29,834 nt of DNA from Deltaproteobacteria bacterium (GTDB lineage Bacteria; Desulfobacterota; Dissulfuribacteria; Dissulfuribacterales; S140-46), in contig WFVQ01000041.1 in the NCBI GenBank assembly GCA_015491585.1, forward strand, positions 1-29,834. The letters run 5' to 3'. The number at the start of each line of letters is the position of its first letter. The stretch's first letter is position 1. Shown here piece after piece: positions 28,101 to 29,834 of the stretch. The notes under the pieces are model-generated. The model was not told where the DNA came from. It did not search any database and saw nothing but the letters and a program-made list of their open reading frames with translations. The position numbers and the translations under genes were made by a program.

Positions 28101-28121
28101 GGAGATGTGCATGGGATGTGA
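25119..28121 (+). CDS. c-di-GMP metabolism protein: PAS-GAF-(degenerate PAS)-PAS-GGDEF-EAL, 1000 aa
   Basis: PAS (IPDVVCFKDGQSRWLVAN; EGITITDAKGNIISVNPAFTRITGY), GAF (ECLCGTAA), GGDEF with RKDD I-site (VGRLGGDEF), EAL (YQPK, VEALLRW, AVNLSPRQF, IEVTE, DDFGTGYSS, LKIDRSFV, VAEGVE, QGF). Confidence 0.95.
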   Translation: MGFDVLDIVEKLPELSGHEELLKVLFQVIPDVVCFKDGQSRWLVANNALLKLFELQEVDWRYKRDSELAELSPAFRNALMVCQESDEEAWNKGGIWDRREFVKTPGGGIRAFDICKIPLYHSDGSRKALVVYGRDITSIVKMELEMKAYACQLEALNEAMLIGWQDKPLAVRITKIFERLLACNFLGNIAKAVFWAYDERKGRLSLLAQVGLDIGMQERCSTVELAECLCGTAAVQRQLMFTTDTERARCIIHDSGGDYGRYAVPVMVGDDLLGVFCLHLSTGHTEGEEGKHFLKSLSTILGKILMHDRRRREMEARLRRSRIHLANAQRLARVGSFEYRPEEGVAVCSEELKRILSLDFQGDILPISRLLDAFEAGDQDRLRSALDRVAAGKEPVALNLVVERKGVRHVLHCELAVLGDGDDWVVTGVFQDITGFIETETQLELAKEIFESSIEGITITDAKGNIISVNPAFTRITGYSAEEVLGQNPRVLKSDRHDKEFYEAMWRTLLEKGEWSGEIWNRRKSGEAYPEWLTIKAIKNSKGEVTNYVALFHDMSEIHEIKENLEVNVNYDAVTGLPNRKLFTDLLGKVIGHAAIHGEKLAVISVDIDDFRLVNEAIGFNVGDQVLQEMARRLASCVRKDDIVGRLGGDEFVVVIADLTEGAQVLEVTSRILEAVSRPFKYKGREIRLSVSMGIAFYPDDGVDVEVLLKNAEIAMYRSKEEGKNSFHIFTPKMNEKVVRRLILEERLHNALQKEELFLYYQPKLDLRSGKVVGVEALLRWIDETGELVPPAEFIRVAEESGLIVPIGEWVVKTACEQLSAWRAQGHNVSLAVNLSPRQFRSKGLVQHIKMLLELHALPAGALIIEVTEGVVMDDEERAMEVMMELKGLGLQISMDDFGTGYSSMYYLKHLPIDELKIDRSFVSGLPYNKDSVAITKATLSLSKSLELRSVAEGVENGEQLAFLRGLGCDLVQGFHVGRPMPADKVVETFTYSLGDVHGM

Positions 28122-28500
28122 ATACCACTTCGACATGGAGCAAAAGGTGTTGTTCCTCAGACGTTACGGCCGAGTTGATGGCCCCGAGCTCCATTCCACA
28201 GTAAAGGAGATAACGGCTCTCCGCCCCTTTGCGGAGATGGACAAATTTCTAATCGACCTGGAAGACGCGGATCTCTCCTGCCTTGATACAAGAGATCTGG
28301 AGAAACATGCCGCCTACGTGGGACAACTTTTTGCCGGAAGGCGGGTCAAGGCCGCAATAATTGCGCCATCTGATCTGGCGTTCGGTCTATCCAGGATGTA
28401 CGAGTTCCTCTCCGCTGTAAGGACTATAATGGTATTCCGCTCCAGAGAGGAAGGTATCAAGTGGCTTGAGATAGAGGACATACAGGGTGCAGGTGGTTGA
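28111..28500 (+). CDS. Small SpoIIAA/STAS-like alpha/beta protein (129 aa), tentative
   Basis: GGAG 6 nt before the ATG at 28111; overlaps the EAL stop. The pattern LIDLEDADL...KAAIIAPSDLAFGLSRMYE...VFRSREEGIKWL resembles SpoIIAA-like stand-alone domains. Confidence 0.6.
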   Translation: MGCEYHFDMEQKVLFLRRYGRVDGPELHSTVKEITALRPFAEMDKFLIDLEDADLSCLDTRDLEKHAAYVGQLFAGRRVKAAIIAPSDLAFGLSRMYEFLSAVRTIMVFRSREEGIKWLEIEDIQGAGG

Positions 28501-28502
28501 GT

Positions 28503-28532
28503 ACGGAAGCCGTTTGGTTTAGCGGCTTCCGT
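28503..28532. terminator. Hairpin between convergent genes (possible bidirectional terminator)
   Basis: ACGGAAGCCG (28503-28512) and CGGCTTCCGT (28523-28532) form a perfect 10-bp stem that includes the epimerase stop codon. Confidence 0.55.
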
Positions 28533-29346
28533 TGATAATGTGGTCCAATGCCTCTCCTATCTCGCCATGCCCGTAATCGAATCCGGCATCCATTAGCCGC
28601 CGGGGGACGGCGACCTTGGAGGCCGTAAGGACCGTTGCTCCCTCCCCGAATATGAGGCGCAGGAGCAAGGAGGGGACGGGAATGAACGCAGGCATCCCAA
28701 CGGCCCTGGATAGGGCGGCCGTGAACTCCCTGTTGGTGACGGGCCTGGGGGCCACCGCATTTACCACTCCTGTAATCCGGCGCTCCAACACGAATTTATA
28801 TATCTCCATCAGGTCGTCTATGTGCAGCCAGCTCATCATCATGGAGCCGTCGCCGATAGGGCCGCCAAGGCCCAGCCTGAAGGGGAGGAGCATCTTGCCC
28901 AGCGCTCCGCCCTCCCGGCCCAGGATGATCCCGAATCTGAGCACGGTCACCTCCCTGGAGAAGCGGAAGGCCTCCTCTTCCCACGCCTTGGCGAGGGAAC
29001 CCAGGAAGTCGTCGGCCAGGTGAGGGCAATCCTCGCTGCATTCGGTGTCGTCGGGATAGATGCCCACAGCGGAGGTGGAGATTAGGCGAGGGACATCGCT
29101 CTTCTCCATGGCCTCGACCACCTTCCGGGTGGTACTGATGCGGCTTTCCCACATTAGCCTTTTATGAGAGCCGCTCCACCGTTTCATGATGGGCGCGCCG
29201 GCCAGGTTCACCACCGCGTCCACGCCCCGGAGCTTCCGGTGTATCTCCGCCACCGAGTCTCCCCGCGCCAGGATCACGTGGTCCTTGAAGCGTTCGCGCA
29301 GATGGGTTCCAACAAAGCCGCTGGCCCCGGTTAAGGCTATTTTCAT
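28519..29346 (-). CDS. TIGR01777-type NAD-dependent epimerase/oxidoreductase (YfcH-like)
   Basis: MKIALTGASGFVG, VVNLAGAPI, SRISTT, STSAVGIY, FLGSLAKAWE, LRFGIILG, GLGGPIGDG, SWLHIDD, PVTNREF. Confidence 0.9.
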   Translation of the reverse strand: MKIALTGASGFVGTHLRERFKDHVILARGDSVAEIHRKLRGVDAVVNLAGAPIMKRWSGSHKRLMWESRISTTRKVVEAMEKSDVPRLISTSAVGIYPDDTECSEDCPHLADDFLGSLAKAWEEEAFRFSREVTVLRFGIILGREGGALGKMLLPFRLGLGGPIGDGSMMMSWLHIDDLMEIYKFVLERRITGVVNAVAPRPVTNREFTAALSRAVGMPAFIPVPSLLLRLIFGEGATVLTASKVAVPRRLMDAGFDYGHGEIGEALDHIINGSR

Positions 29347-29348
29347 TT

Positions 29349-29834
29349 CTATGTGCGGTAGTCTGCGTTGATGTGAACGTACTCAGGGGTGAGGTCCGTG
29401 GTGTAGAGCCAGTATTCGCCCTCTCCGACACCGAGGTCGAGCCGCACCTCGAACCTGCTCTCCTGCATAGAACGCGCTGCCTTCTGCTCCGCCTCCTTGC
29501 CTGTGGCCCGTCCATTTTCTACGATCACGGTGTTGTTCACGGCTATGGAGGCCTGCTCTGGAGCCAGGGCCGCGCCGCTCCTGCCCGCGGCGGCCAGTAT
29601 CCTGCCCCAATTGGGATCCTGGCCGTAGAATGCAGTCTTCACCAGTGGAGAGGCCCCGACAGTCCTTGCCACGAGCTCGGCCTCCCGGTGGTTCGCCGCT
29701 CCTGTGACCACCAGTTTCACCACTTTGGTCACGCCCTCTCCGTCCTCGGCTATCTGGAGGGCAAGATCGAGACAGAGCCGGGAGAGCGGCCCTGCCAGTG
29801 CCTCGCCTTCTCCGGGCGGCGACCCTGCCAGACC
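29349..29834 (-). CDS. argJ: Bifunctional ornithine acetyltransferase/N-acetylglutamate synthase, C-terminal part; 5' end lies outside the window
   Basis: IAEDGEGVTK, SPLVKTAFYGQDPNWGRILAAAG, TDLTPEYVHINADYRT. The frame is open to the window edge. Confidence 0.95.
   Translation of the reverse strand, partial: GLAGSPPGEGEALAGPLSRLCLDLALQIAEDGEGVTKVVKLVVTGAANHREAELVARTVGASPLVKTAFYGQDPNWGRILAAAGRSGAALAPEQASIAVNNTVIVENGRATGKEAEQKAARSMQESRFEVRLDLGVGEGEYWLYTTDLTPEYVHINADYRT

Noticed and set aside
1-29834. CRISPR array, transposase, integrase or phage genes
   Set aside because: I saw no regularly spaced repeats and no mobility or phage protein motifs on reading the sequence.

Overview
This GC-rich bacterial chromosomal window is mostly housekeeping genes. 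The gene set (stand-alone PurH cyclohydrolase domain, IHF-alpha type, solo gatB, tRNA-Leu-tig-clpP-clpX-lon) suggests a Desulfobacterota/Deltaproteobacteria-like organism; this is inference. Left to right: a partial sigma-54 activator and a GT2 glycosyltransferase (+); a long minus-strand run, ndk-thiL-ogt-YfcE-like phosphoesterase-hydantoinase A-PAS kinase-purH(N)-aroD-ihfA-type IV pilin; a small AT-richer cassette bounded by a 14-bp direct repeat and encoding an unknown secreted protein; tRNA-Leu(TAG)-tig-clpP-clpX-lon (+); a minus-strand run of a Cys-rich mini-protein, surE, a basic HTH protein, gatB, mtnA, a tandem-GAF protein and an MreB paralogue; an FqrB-like flavoprotein (+); a secreted thioredoxin-like protein with an in-frame UGA; a beta-hydroxyacid dehydrogenase; a PAS-GAF-PAS-GGDEF-EAL protein with a small SpoIIAA-like partner; a TIGR01777-type epimerase; and partial argJ. 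The top finding is a hidden 112-aa probable selenoprotein (23598..23936, minus strand) that the ORF track splits. It has a strong RBS, a signal peptide, an in-frame UGA at the thioredoxin active-site position (PMGGR-U) and a SECIS-like hairpin right after the UGA. No CRISPR array, integrase or transposase was seen.
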